A stretch of DNA of 64,000 nucleotides. Origin: Antedon mediterranea. Lineage: Eukaryota > Animalia > Echinodermata. Both the position numbers and the translations under genes were made by a program. Shown here piece after piece: positions 24,301 through 39,300 of this stretch (position 1 is the stretch's first letter; the number at the start of each line of letters is the position of its first letter). Where the stretch lies: the NCBI RefSeq assembly GCF_964355755.1, contig NC_092678.1, positions 760,422-824,421 on the forward strand. The letters run 5' to 3'. The notes under the pieces were generated by a model, which had not been told where the DNA came from, did not search any database, and was given only the letters and a program-made list of their open reading frames with translations.

Positions 24301-27300
24301 AAGTAGTATTTAGGATATGAAGGAAAACTTTTTGTGTTGTTTACACACACGTGGAAATTCAGCGCAGCAGGCTATGGATCACAGGTCATATTCCTACATT
24401 CATCCAAAGGTTCTTAAATATTCTAATAAACTAAGTATTCCCACCTAATGCATCCTCAATGGTAAGTCTTGGTGTGATAATAATCTTGGCGTCTCTTTCA
24501 GCTTTACGTGATAACACAGATGTCTGCACTTTACAAATACTACTGCCTGCAGCACTGCTTGTTGTTTCTTTTGCAACATCAGGTATACTGTAAATACAAA
24601 TGAATAGTGACTGTGAAGATCAATTCAATAGTAATGGAGGAGTCAACCAAGGCAATCTTGCCAAGATAGGAACTTGTGTAACAGTCTTTTGATCTTATGT
24701 CTGGCTGTACAAATGTACTATAATCTTATTACTGTTTCATATTATATATAAGGCAATCTAAGAACAGGACACTGAGCTCGCCTTGCCAAGATAGGAACTC
24801 GTAACAGTCCTTTGTCCATAATATTTAATAATATATACTTACACAGCTTCTTCTCTTGACGGTAGGACAGGAATAGTATCAGCAATGACAATCATAAGGT
24901 GTGATTGGGCTAGTGACAAGTGGCACGTAAGATGAGGACCATATAACGTGGCCAACGATGGCGACAAACGCTTATCTACCAGAGTATTCAGAATCTACAA
25001 AACATAAATATACAGTCAGTCAACATTGCTTTACTTATAATGAGTGGCGTTGTGGCTTGTGGTTATGATGATTGGCTTGCAATTTAAGGGTCCTGGGTTC
25101 AAGTCAGGATTTTTTCTAAAGACAATATTAGAACTCCACTCTTATAGACAGTATGCTTGTCTTGTGAACAGGATTACCACCTTTAAGGATAGTGAATGAA
25201 TTTTCTTATGGAAATGGAATTTGCCTAAATATATAAACCCCAACAATATATTATAAAATAAAAACAGCTCTCAAAGTTAATTTGATAAACTGTAAACAAA
25301 GGAAAAATTTCCATGAAACATTTGAATGACTATCATAATTTTAAAAAACAATTAAAAACTTGTTATTTCAACCAATGTTATGACGATATGTAAAACAGTG
25401 CTGATTATGTGTTTATCATAGAAATGGGCGCTATACACTGTAAGTGTTAATGTTACAACACAATAAACAATACCTTTAGATTGATGGCATCAGTAACTGG
25501 CTTTGCTGTGTTGAATTTCAAGGTTGTCTAAAAAAACAAATTAGAATAATACACTTTTTGAATAAACTATCCTCTTTAGTTGTGTGTAATACTTTTACTA
25601 CAAATATTTTATAAATTGAGAAATACGTTTTATTATCCAGTTTATTTTACCATTGTGGTTGAAACGAGTCTAAAGTTACTATCAGCCGTTTGAGGAAGGC
25701 GTTCACCATTTAGAATCCAAGCAAGGACAGTCAGTGCTTCTGTAAACAGACCAAGATCCGTCAATATTCTCATCTGAAAATAAATGATAATATTAAGATT
25801 ATTTGCTGTTGAAATAAATATCTTGCGTGCGAGTGTGCGAGTGTCCAAGACATTGGAATCGTAATTACATTGGCAAAGGTTTGAGGCTCACTCGCTCCAT
25901 GGTTCTGGTGGAAGAACAGGTCTTCTCGGATAAAAACTATAAACCGTAGGTCCAGTGTACACATTCACACACTCATGTGCACTTTAAAGAACCTATTACA
26001 TCTTTCGAGATGAGCAGGAGTACTAGTACATCACAGTCACTGATACATGGCAGAGCCGTCTGGGAGACCAGAAGAGGTTACCCGGTAAAACGAAATAATA
26101 CAAAACAAAACATTTTTTTTGTTAATACTGTAATAATATTGTCAAATGTTACCTTTAGAATTCTGCCGTCAATTGCACGTTGAAGATCGCGGCAGATGAA
26201 AGTGGTGAAATAGTTGTACAACGTAAGAAGAGGCAGAACCTTGTAAGACAAAAATATTAATAACTAGAGGGTACTCCGAGAGTACAAACCTCCGCCTACT
26301 GTAAAATTCCCCTACATAAAATTCCCCCTGAATATTTTTTTTTTACATTTTTTTTTATTAGTTCTATGTGTAAATATGTTAACTGCACACTACAAAGTTG
26401 TGGATGACAGTGTGGTGTAATGGTTATGTATCCAGCCTCTCACAGTTGAGATCGCTGGTTCAAGTCCCACTGAGGGTTTTTTTTTTTTTATTATTATTTT
26501 TTTTTATTTTATTTTTTTTTTGTGGACCTTGATCTTTGACCCTGACCCTTCAAAATTTAACCACAATTATATGATGTGTCATTGATCATTGTGGCTAAGT
26601 TTGGTGAGAATCGGATCAAAACTGTGGTCTCTAGGCAGTAAAATAGTTTTTTGTTAGTTGTGACCTTGACCTATGACCTTTCCCCCTCAAATTCGAACTC
26701 GTCCGAGCTTTTTGGGCATAGATCATTGTGTCCAAATTTGGTTAGAATCGGATAAAAACTGTGGCCTCCAGGCTGTTCACAGACACACACACAAACATAC
26801 AGGGGTGAAAACATAACCTCCTTGGCGGAGGTAATAAAAAGGGAGAACTGTGAAGAAACAAGAGCGGTCAAAGACAACTAGCTAATTCCCAATGTAAAAA
26901 TAAAGGTATACAAATATTGGTAATTTTAATTGTTAGCAGTGATGATAAAGTCACATCTTATATGCTTTTATTTATATATTCCTTTCAGTGATATATAACA
27001 AGAAGTACTGAGGAGACAAGAGCTGTCAAGGACAACTATCGCAAATAAAGGGTGTGTCTCTCCAACTTATTGTAATTAAAACAAAAAATGGAACAAAAAA
27101 GGAAGGACACAATTTATTAAAGATCTGCCTACCAGTAAATTGTGTCTCCCCCGAAACAATTCTTCAGTGACCCATCGCAAAGATGACACCAGAGTTCTTG
27201 CCTCGCACCTGAACCGGTCAGACAGAAGGTCAACACCTGGAACTAGGTACTGCACCTCACAGCCTTCACCTATGTCATAGAGGGCGTAGTCACGATCAGC

Positions 27301-30300
27301 GGTGGGATGCGGGAGTGAGGTACGAAAGATGGCTTTGAAAAGGTAGGCCGATAAAAAACAGCTTTCCATGCGTAGACCCAAGTCAGATGTTAAAATATAT
27401 CTATTGAAATAAATTAATGTTAGTAAAAATGGTGAAATTCAAAGCATCTTCAGATCTAGAAAGACATTTTAAATTGATTTTTAATATAATAATATAGATT
27501 TATATAGATAGAAAGAAATTCAATAAACAATATCTGGAATAATAATACGCAATGTATCTGGAAGAACAGAACTCCAGCACCAATACTTACTGAGCAATCT
27601 TAGACGCCAGAATGGCGCCCAGAAGACATCCCCACATTCCACACCTCTGCAACAGCTGAGTGCTGATGTCATCTTCACTGTTCTTGCCAAGGATTTGACG
27701 CCATGTGCTGAGTGTGTCAGAGGTCAGCAAAATCAGATCTAAACCCTCTGACCACCATTTGTACGCAGCTCTGAAAAAAGATATATATAATAATATAATA
27801 AATTAATAGTTATCGAAAAATGTGATGTGCCCAAATATGGTAGTGATATGACATCATCTTGGCCATATATGGGAACATCACATAATAGTGTAGATACAGT
27901 AGTAAAACACACATGACTCACCTGATGTTGCCAGAATGATAATAAAGGTTGCCCAGTTCATGACTTCCCTGAGCTGCTAAGTCCTTGTGCTTTCTTGATA
28001 GTAGCATTTCTGTGACGAAGTAACAAGGAACATAGTCCTGCTAGTTTTTGTGTATTTGTGAGTGATTTTTAAATTTCTTTGTTGACATTTCCAGATATAT
28101 TTCATTGAAATGTTATATTTTATCTTAATGTGATACTCTGTGAAAGGGTTTACACTGGCTTTAGGGGATTTAGTTCCCTTTTGTGTTTCCTGCCACTTAG
28201 TTTGTTGTTGAATTTTTTTATTTTTGGCAATAAAGAATAAGAATATGGTTTGAACTTAATGCAAAGTTTTCTTTAGTTTACCGTATTCAATGAAAAAAAA
28301 ACTAATCCTAATCCTACCTATTGTTTTAGTATACGATGAAATGACAACGGAAAGCTGTGACCGAGGCAGAGCTGGGGTTTGAATCTCGCTCATGCTTTTG
28401 AACTCTGAGTTCTTGAGGTCAGGGGGCACATCTCCCTGAGTGTTGTCATCTGTCTCAGTGAAGTCTACATGACTTTGTCGACTTGTGCTAGAGCCTGAAG
28501 GAAAATTATCAGGGATGAATGAGCATGTAGTTGAAAAGTGTAACATCTGAGTCCACAGCTCATAGAGAATATTGGTATTATGAGCTATACAAATTTAAAA
28601 CTATTAACCATTAATGAATGGTTAAATGAAAAAGGAAAATCATACAAGATGAGTAAACAATGAGAAATGATCTTGAGTTAATTTGCCGAATGATCTTGAG
28701 TTAATTTGCCGAATGATCGTAATCAAAACGGTACTGGGTTTGGTCTACTACCGTTCCTGCTCCCAAAAGTCACCAGGGATGAATTAGTATACAATGAGTG
28801 AATGGGGAATAGAGAGAATATTTCTATAAGTTGAGTCAGGGTTTCGAATAATATTATTCACCAGTGTTGCGCAAAACTCTCAAAATGTTTACAAAGCTGT
28901 GCAATAGTACATTCAGAAGTAATAATGTGAGAAAATAATGCATGACAGATGAAAAAAATCAACCATTCAAAAGGCAAGAATACACAGAAATGTTGTAGAG
29001 CACTCAAACCACATGAATGAGAACGTTTCTTTTTCTAACAGTACCCAGAATAACCTAGTACATCTTTCGAGATGGAGGTTACCCAGTGTATTAGTACACA
29101 CACATCCACTGATCATAACTGGGCCCTCTGGGACAACAGTCTTTGACTGAAGAGGTTACCCAGTGTATTAGTACACACACATCCACTGATAATAACTGGG
29201 CCCTCTGGGACAACAGTCTTTGACTGAAGAGGTTACCCAGTATAAAGAAATAACAATAACAATAAAGAATCTTGTTGAGTCATGGTAACATTAAATAAAC
29301 TATACATATCTGTTGTCCATATATATAAATATTGTTGAGTAATTGCAAAATTAAATAAACTTTGAGTACTACTTACATATCTGCTGTCCAGCTAGGTACA
29401 GAACAAGAAGCTTCCTAGAGTGTTGCAGAGCCCTCGATGTGTAGTAACAAGTATCAAGTGCTTGGCGGAAGTTCTGAAGACTGTCAGTGACATCCAAAGG
29501 AACACACACCAGCTTCATAGCATCACGAGCACCTGCAAAATATAAATTAACTTTTTTGGCAACAACATAGAAACTCCAACAATAACACAAAATAATCAAC
29601 CATTCTCTCTGATGGCTGACAGGAAATCCTGCAATTCTATTAGTAAAAAAAAAAAAATAAATAAACATATGTACCTCCATACACATTGTGCCCCTCAGGG
29701 TCTATTCTACCCCCCATGTCTAATGGTTCCAACTCTCTATCTTGCATACTGCTTATCAGATGTACGTTCATATAGTTTTTGACTGTTATGGGTTCACCAG
29801 TGATTTCATCAGGAAACTTAAAAGCATTCTGAGGAGGTTCTGGTCCTCCATATGCCTTGACCCTTGACCTCAGTTTCTGCTGCGCTTGACAGATCAACGG
29901 CCCAACCTGTTCTGAGTATCGTTCACTGTAACATATAAATAAATGAGTATTGTTATCAGAATTTTCTGATTTTTCTTCTGATTTCAATTGATAATAAAAC
30001 ATCCAAGTGATATTTTAAACAAATGATTTAAACAATTTCCACACATATATAGATGAATCGATACCCTTTTGTATCTTTTGTTTTATCATAGAATTGTGTG
30101 TATGTGTTGATGATGTGCTTATCTGTGCAATTTTTCTGTATATTTTTACTGTTTTATTTATATACGATATGCCAAAAACAAATGTATGTTTTAAATGGAC
30201 AAATAACTATGAACTGTTTTGCGAGATTTCTCTTTCACTTACTTTGTGAGAACATTAAACCTCATAGCTAAGTCAGCAAGTCTCTCCCATTGCTGCTGGT

Positions 30301-33300
30301 AATACAGCATTTCCAGGACTCTCAGAACAATACGTCGGATCCAGTGCTTATCTACCATACTACAATCGTCCATGTACTTCTCAAATTTTAGGCTAGCGCC
30401 CCCAAGTTCATCAGTGACTGTCCCCATAAGGTCACTATTCACCATATCTTTCATATATTTCTTGGACTAAGGGGAAAAAAAAGATATTTATATTAGAAAC
30501 GAAATAGTATTAATATTGTAACATAATGGAATAAATATTAATTATTATATTTTTTCTTCCTTTTATTAATCGCCATTTACATAGTGCTCGACACATTTAA
30601 TACATAATAAGTAAGTTTGAGCAATCATTCCATAGATATTTTTTGGTGTTTTTTGTACTTTTCTTTTCAAAAAAAAAATGTGTACCGCAAAGGTCCCTAA
30701 ACCTTGCAACCACACCTCTTAAACCATAACAAACTAACAGTACCTTGGAGCGGCTGTCATTTTGCAGTACATTTAACATGTCCAGAATGCAGTCAGCAGC
30801 CACAAAGAATGGCTGACAGACGATAGATCTGATGGCTTCAACAGAGAAGATCCCAGAGGAGTAACCACCAGCAAAGCTATAGAGTAGGGCAGTGTGACCA
30901 CAGTTCCACATGGCTCGGGCAGCATTCTGCAACAAAGTCCAATGCTGCCCTCTATGAGCTAACACCTGGATGGAAAAAAAAAAGAAGGTAAGGTTTTTAA
31001 TTGAGTTGCCGAGCGATTAAGGCAGGGGCGCTGCAAACCATATCTATACAATCAGCACAGGTTCAAGTCATTCCTCGACCATTGTTCTGGTGGAAGAACA
31101 AGTCTTCTCGGATAAGGACTTAAAACTGGAGGTCCATTGTACACATCTAGCTCATGTACACTTTAAAGAACCTAGTACATCTTTCGAAAGAGTAGGAGGT
31201 TACTCTGGTGTACTGGTCCATTCAGCCCATGTAGTTGTGGATAGATGAACGAAAATGTTTTTGACCTTTCATTATTAAACTTACAACTGCCCTCTTGAGG
31301 TTGTTGAATGCCTTGTTTAAATCATTTGTGAGAGCCTGCAGTGAGACAGCGTTATATTCCTGATGATTATGATGTCTCTCTTGTCTACCAGGCCTGTCTA
31401 CTTCAGTTGAGCGATAAGTTGGTACACTGTCTGACTGTTTATCATCAGGAGGGGGTGGCAGCTTCTTCAACTTTCCACCTGAAAATAATGTTAACAAGGT
31501 TAAAGGTCAACTATGTCAGATGCCTTGCCTGACATTCAAAGCTCTAGAAGTTGTAGGTTAAAAACAGCATTTTTTTCCACAAATACTCCCAAATTTACAG
31601 AGAATTTGATACAATTATTTCAGAGTTGTTTTGCCAGAAAATCTGATTTGATATCCAGACACAACAACAAGTTTATTTAGTACAATTTATTAGTATTACA
31701 GTCAACTCTCCAAATACCAAACTTTCAGAAAACAAGAAACTTTCCCAAAAATAGACTTTTCTTGAGATTCAAATTTATTTTGATCATTAAAATCAACCGA
31801 AAGGTGTCTGGTATTGGGAGAGTTGACTGTATACTACTTTTGATCATTAAAATCAACCGAAAGGTGTCTGGTATTGGGAGAGTTGACTGTATACTACTTT
31901 ATTTTGATCATTAAAATCAACCGAAAGGTGTCTGGTATTGGGAGAGTTGCTTTTTAAGTAATAATAATACTGTTCAATTTATATAGCACAAAATGCAGGC
32001 CGCCTTTAAGCGCTGAACAATCAACAGAAAATGTAAAAAGCACAAAACTAACTAGATTTTAGATAATTATAATTCAACATACCCACTGTAGCGGCAGCGG
32101 CCACTTCAATAGCTGATTGATGGACTCTCAAACCTTGCTTTCCTATGTTGATTTGGTGTAGCTTTTCAATTATAGCATCTCTCTCGCCCTCTCTTGTATC
32201 GTCCTGACGTGTAACGGCTCTAGAGGGACCACCATCCCAACCTACCACCAAAGTTCCTGACGTCTCAAATGTGATCCATTCATTGTCAATGTAAGAGGAC
32301 CTATTAACACAAATTTGGATAATTAAAACTAAAACATTTTAAAATTGAAAGTATGGAATACACAACAAATAAGTACAAATCTCAAATTAAGTAAAGTAAT
32401 AGAGTAACAAACAGCTTTCGTTATACTTTCTGAAGTGACAATACAGGTGAAACCATATACTAAAACATAATCTATTGAAAGTATGGAAAACATGAAACCC
32501 AAATACCGAAACTTACTGAAAAGTTTTATTAAAGTCTAAAATGTCCCAAATTCATTTTTAGCATTAAAGACACATTTTGAATACCAGATTTTCCAGAAAA
32601 CCAGAAATATTAGGCCAGGCCAAAGGAGACATGACAATAACAACTGTCATTACTTTGTGAAGTGACAATAAAAGTGCATACGTACCTATAGATGTCACCT
32701 GACGTGGGTCCAAGCAGTTTGTTGCGTTTCTCCACTTTGTTTAAAAACTGTGCAAAGAAACACAGACCTTGCAGGATGTTGAGTTGACATCGCCATGGTA
32801 ACTCATCAGAGCAGATATTCCTCAATCTCTGTCTTCTCTTCATTGTACGGTAGAACTCTGGCAGAGTTCTGTCAAGAATTTCAAATGACTACAAAATATA
32901 ATCAACATAAAATAAACATCAATGCGGTGGATTAGTTAGGGAGGGACACGACATCAATGCAGCGGTGGATTAGTTAGGGAGGGACACAGAATTGTAACTT
33001 TGTAGGTGGAGTGTACTGTAAAATAACTTTGTGTTTATAAACCTTTTTTTAAAATATTTATTTCATTCTGTTGATCAAGTTGGTCAATCAAGGATAAAAA
33101 CACAGAAAAGTACAAAAACATTCACTGTGGTCCATAAATGAAACACCTTAAATAATTCCCAACAGAATTGAATAAAAAACATATAAAAATATAAAATGAA
33201 TACACCAAGAATTGATACTTAATATTATTATAAATAAAGATAATAGATAGATACCTTCAATTCTTTCTCTTCCTGGGATGCTTTGGCAGCTTCTGACATC

Positions 33301-36300
33301 CTCTGATTTGATCGCACAGGAACCAGCAGTTGGAACTTCTTTCTTTTCTTCCTTGGACTCTTTCCATCTGGAGATTTCAGGTGAGACTTGTTAATCTGTA
33401 AGACAAGAGATTTAAAAAATGTGTATGGGCGTCAATCAAAAGATATATAATATATAAGTGTTTGTAACTTTCCGTACAAAAAAAACAAACACTGTAATTG
33501 TATTACTGAGTTGAGGAAAATTAGGATTGGACCTTCTTTACGGAGCCATGGCAACCACATCTATAATGATCTACTCTTATACTTGGTTCTCAAGGATGTA
33601 AACACAATGTATGCGTGTTGACCAATGACAAGCGACAGTTCAAATAATCCATCGAATGTGATTGGTCAACTCACTTACATTGCGTTATGTTCTTGTGTTT
33701 TCTCTAGTGGAAACCAAGCATTAGTGTAGTGTAAGTTCTTTATCATGTACATGGGACCAATAGCTTTACATCTCATCTGAAGGATGAGGCAGTAAGAACA
33801 CATTCTATATCTACCTTTGAGAATTCAATAGCAGCAGCAGCAAATTTCTTGGGGTCATCGCCAGCTACTGTGAGGGCGCCCTGCTGTTTGGTGAGGATTA
33901 GCTTAGCTGATGAAAGATGTTCATTACGCCTAAACATATTTAACAAAAAAAAAAAAATAATAGCCATTCTTATATAGCGCATTATTATGGGAGTCTGTTT
34001 CCATACGTGCTTGATCCAAAAAAAGATTGTTAAAAATCAAAATATATTGCTACTTTCAAAAATTGATATTAAAATGATTATCCCTTTGTATGTATTTTTT
34101 AATGATTTTCCTAAAACATTCAAATCAAATAAAATTGGTATTATTTCAAAAATCTACATAAAAAAAACAACATAGCAGCCAGTGGTGTACAATTATTAAA
34201 AAACTTCAATTAAAAAATTTACAAGATTAAACCTTGATTTAATGATCTGAATGATTAAAATGAAAATCATTCAAATATTGATATAAAGCTCTGTCTACAC
34301 TATCAAACTTAAAGTGTGATGTGCCTATATATGGACATGATGATGTCATATCAATCCCATATTTGGGCACATCACACTTTTTTTGTTAAACTAATTTGAT
34401 AGTATAGACAAAGCTTAAGAAACATTGAAACATTGCACACAAGGCAGGGGCATATACGAAATATTATGAAACCAGAATGACATTTTCAAACATTTACCTT
34501 AGAAGCCATGTTTTAGTTTCATCGCACCATTCAGTTGCTATGTCAACTAAACCTTCACTCAACGCCTTCTGCATGACTTGAACAAAGAATTCCAAATACC
34601 GAGCACGACGCCGGAATTTAACAACTAAATTAAGACGCAAGTAGAAAGGTGTTTTGTATATAAAGACAAAGTCATTTAAGCAAACAAACGTCCACTTTAG
34701 AATAGAATAGTTTTGTTGTTTGTTTTTCTGTTAATGTTTTAACCTTGTAAGAGAAAAGCAATATTATTGTTTCACTTGTTTTGTGAATGAAATAAGTAAT
34801 CTTTTTTATCTCACTTGCCTTGTACATACATATTTTGTTTGTGTACTGCTTACCTTCTTTGTATGCATGTCTGCTTGCAAGAGTGCTTACCTTCTTTGTA
34901 TGCATGTCTGCTTGCAAGAGTGCTTACCTTCTTTGTATGCATATCTGCTTGCAAGAGTGCTTACCTTCTTTGTATGCATATCTGCTTGCAAGAGTGCTTT
35001 ACCTTCTTTGTATGCATGTCTGCTTGCAAGAGTGCTTACCTTCTTTGTATGCATATCTGCTTGCAAGAGTGCTTACCTTCTTTGTATGCATGTCTGCTTG
35101 CAAGAGTGCTTACCTTCTTTGTATGCATATCTGCTTGCAAGAGTGCTTACCTTCTTTGTATGCATGTCTGCTTGCAAGAGTGCTTACCTTCTTTGTATGC
35201 ATGTCTGCTTGCAAGAGTGCTTACCTTCTTTGTATGCATGTCTGCTTGGAAGAGTGCTTACCTTCTTTGTATGCATGTCTGCTTGGAAGAGTGCTTACCT
35301 TCTTTGTATGCATGTCTGCTTGCAAGAGTGCTTACCTTCTTTGTATGCATGTCTGCTTGGAAGAGTGCTTACCTTCTTTGTATGCATGTCTGCTTGGAAG
35401 AGTGCTTACCTTCTTTGTATGCATGTCTGCTTGGAAGAGTGCTTACCTTCTTTGTATGCATGTCTGCTTGCAAGAGTGCTTACCTTCTTTGTATGCATGT
35501 CTGCTTGGAAGAGTGCTTACCTTCTTTGTATGCATGTCTGCTTGCAAGAGTGCTTACCTTCTTTGTATGCATGTCTGCTTGGAAGAGTTGCTATGAAAGC
35601 ATGTAGAATATTTGGGTCTTCTGAACCTGTCAACTCATTCGTACTGTGAGCTGGAAAAGCAAAGTAAAGAATTAAGTAAATACTTCGATTTATTCATTTA
35701 GATGAAAACCAAAACCACATGCACAAAAATTATAGAGAATGATACGAAAAATAAACACACTTTGGCCAATAATCGCTGACATTGGAGAAGTCTTGTTAAG
35801 TATTCTATGTCACAAGATGTTCAGCATTTGTGATGATTCATTTAGATATTAAAGTCTATGACAGATAGGATAGGAAAAGAAAAAGAGACAAAACTGAAGT
35901 AAGATGGAGAGATGACCTGAGAAAATTAAGCACTGTCTACACTATCAAATTAGTGTAGACAGAGCTCTCAAGAGAGAGAAGTAAATGGAGAGCTTTGGAG
36001 GCGGAATGTTCTGATCCTGAAGAAGATGATAATTTGATAGAATTATACCTAGTTTGGATAGCTTCAGCATGTGAGCTTCCAAAGCACGAAGTTCTTCATT
36101 CTGGGGTCCTTCGACGTTGAACGTCAGTTGACCTCCTCGTCTTACTTTCTTCTTGCGGTGTGCCTGAGCTCCACCAGCATTCTCATCAGTCTCAGCAAAT
36201 TCAACAACGGTTTCCTGTGCCTTGGGTTTCTCCGATTCCTAGTCACAATTAGGACAAATTTGATTTATTAAAACAAAAAAAATAATATTATAATAATAAT

Positions 36301-39300
36301 TATATAGGCATATGTTGGAGACAAAAGAGAAACAATGCTATTTTTAGAATTCAAAAGCTATTTTAATTTTCTAGGATTTATTTTTTATAATTTATTTACT
36401 AGGATAAATTTTGTGAACAAACTAAAGCTTTGTCTAAAATTTATGTGACAAAAAAATTGATTTGCCCATATATGGACAAGATGATGTAATATCATTACCA
36501 TATTTAGGCATATCATTACCATATTTAGGCATCACTACTATTTGGGCACATAACAATAGTGTAAACCGAGCTTAAGTATACCTTCTCAATAGCAAGCATT
36601 TTCTTGCCACTGTCGGATATCATGTTAGCCAACGGTCTCTGCTTCCAGACACGCAACACCTTAGCCATGTGGTACGTGATGGTAGCAACCATATGGTGGA
36701 GGTTGTCACAGACAGTCTGTTGACGACGCACAAGAAGACTGGAGGGAATCTCTTGCAGCACTGCATGGCAGAATGTCACAATCTAGAAAAAGAAGAATCA
36801 TATAAAAACTGTACCTAAGAGCCCACAATATCAGCATTGGCAGGGGTTTGAGGCCGACTCACTCCTAGTTCACAATATCAGCATCGGCAGGGGTTTGAGG
36901 CCGACTCACTCCTAGTTCACAATATCAGCATCGGCAGGGGTTTGAGGCCGACTCACTCCTAGTTCACAATATCAGCATCGGCAGGGGTTCGAGGCCGACT
37001 CACTCCTAGTTCTGGTAGTGGAACAAGTCTTCTCAAGTAAGGACTATAAACCGTCCAGTTTAGTGTTTTGATTCAGAGTGATCAGTCTATCAGTTTGGCT
37101 AAGCTTAAAGAATTTATTTAGATGGTGATCGGGATCCTGACCAATTTTATACACAGTTTGTAGGATAACTTACCTGTATAACCGGTACAGAGGGTATCTT
37201 ATAGTGTATAATAGGTGCTAACAATCCGTAGCATAGTGAGTGCTTAACTTACCTGTATAACCGGTACAGAGGGTATCTTATAGTGTATAATAGGTGCTAA
37301 CAATCCGTAGCATAGTGAGTGCTTAACTTACCTGTATAACTGGTACAGAGGGTATCTTATAGTGTATAATAGGTGCTAATAATCCGTAGCATTGTACCAC
37401 CGCTTGCAGTGCTAGGTTTGATTCATTCAACCAACCAGCTAGCTCCAGTGCTACTAACATACGCTCACATTCCCTCATACGAAGAAGCTACAAAGTATGA
37501 AATGGAAATGTATTATGGTGGGTTTCAATAATTATTTTATCCATCCAATCAATATCACCCAACTCATCCCATCTGACGACAACTACAATAAAGCTCTGTC
37601 TACACTATCAAACTTTATATTTGACAAAAATAATGTGATGTCTTCATATATGGACATGATGTCAAATCACTACCATATTTGGGCACATCACACCTTTTTT
37701 GATAGTGTAGACAGAGTCTAAGACAAATGTGTTCGTGTGCTTTAAAAAGAAAAAGTCTTTGAAATCCTAAAATAAGAAAATTGATGGAGAGGAACAATTG
37801 TCACCGCTCTGTTCTGATCTTGCAATTTGAAGTTCTCAAATGAGAGCTTGACAGAATTGAATTCACATAAGCTCGAGTAAAAAAGTGCAAACATATTTGG
37901 AAATTACCTGTCCTTTGTAGTAAGGTCCTTCATCAGAGAGCTTGTTGCAGTAGATGGCGCCAGATCTGGTATTGACGTCAACATAGATAAAGATACTGGT
38001 AAGAAACATACGCAGTAGAACAGGTGATGCTTCACTGGCAGTCCTTGTGTTTAACCTGTAATACGATTAAAAGGAGAATTATAATAAACAAAAGTACTGA
38101 ATATATATAATGCAACATTTATTTTGTGAAGAGCACAGAGGACTTACACCTTTTCAACAACATTCTTCTCATCATGTCACCAGCAGCCAATTACAGCGCC
38201 ATTACGTCTGTCCACACAGTGGCTCAGTTGTTAACTAGTACACCAGGTTAACCCCCTACTAAAGAAAATACACTCCTTGAGAAAAGAAACAAATGGAAAA
38301 AGAATTGATAATGACTGTACCTTCTGAGAGTCAGTTCAAAGTCTTGCTGCGCACATTCATTAGTAACATCTGTTTCACATTGTTTGGGAACCGCAACAAA
38401 ATGATCCCACAATACACTTGTGGCTTGCTGAGATGTATCATAGCAACCAACTTGGTATGCAACCTAAAAAATAATATTCCAATACAGATCAAAATCAATA
38501 TACAGCAAAATTGGGGTAGTTGCATAAGCTATCACAGCACAAAGTTGTTTGTAAGTATGCACACTACCGCTATATATCGTTGTATATTATATAAATCCAA
38601 AGGCAAATTACTGAAAAAATGATATTTTTTAAAACATTTTTTTCCCCTCAACTTGTATAAAACTTTATTTCATTATTTTCTTTGTGATAATTTTTTTTTC
38701 AAAGGGTCTTACGACTACAGAATTTAAATATTTCTCTGTAAGATTGCTGCAATATATAGCAATGTAAATATATATTTCTAAATAAATGTGAATGAATGAC
38801 TTATAGTATCTGTATAGAGGAATAGCAAATCTTGATTACCTGACTAAGAAACGCCCAGCTCATTAGTATAGGCATTGTATGCGATGCCATAATTGGTTTA
38901 CTTGTATGCCCAATGCTGCCACCTATCAGCTTGCCGTCAACAGTGTATGCAGCCACAGCAAATACATACTTCTCATTGGCTACAAGTCCAGACACGCTCA
39001 GATGACAATCATAAGCTGGTACCTGGAAAGAAAGATAGATCTGTTATGTTTGATGGTTCTGCATATAGGTGTATTGTCCTCAAACTTGGTTCTCACTAGG
39101 ACGTAAGGGCAAGGAAGTTATTTGACCAATCACAAGCAATGGGTTATCCAAACTGCTCACTTGTCATTGGTCATCTCGTTTCTTTCCTTGTGGTGCGTCC
39201 TAGTTGGAAACAAGCTTTAAACTGTGCCTCTACACTTGCTAAGGATTACTGCAGAAAAACAAGATATTCTGAATTTTACATTATTGTTTAACATTACATT

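Noticed and set aside
26407-26478. tRNA gene candidates (also 44940-45010 and 63000-63066)
   Set aside because: Stems are imperfect and the sequences are embedded in dispersed repeats, so they are better explained as SINE heads or captured fragments.
34783-35649. Three overlapping 258-288 aa Cys-rich ORFs on the plus strand
   Set aside because: They are the antisense reading of the 37 bp donor array; all three frames give the same cyclic peptide.
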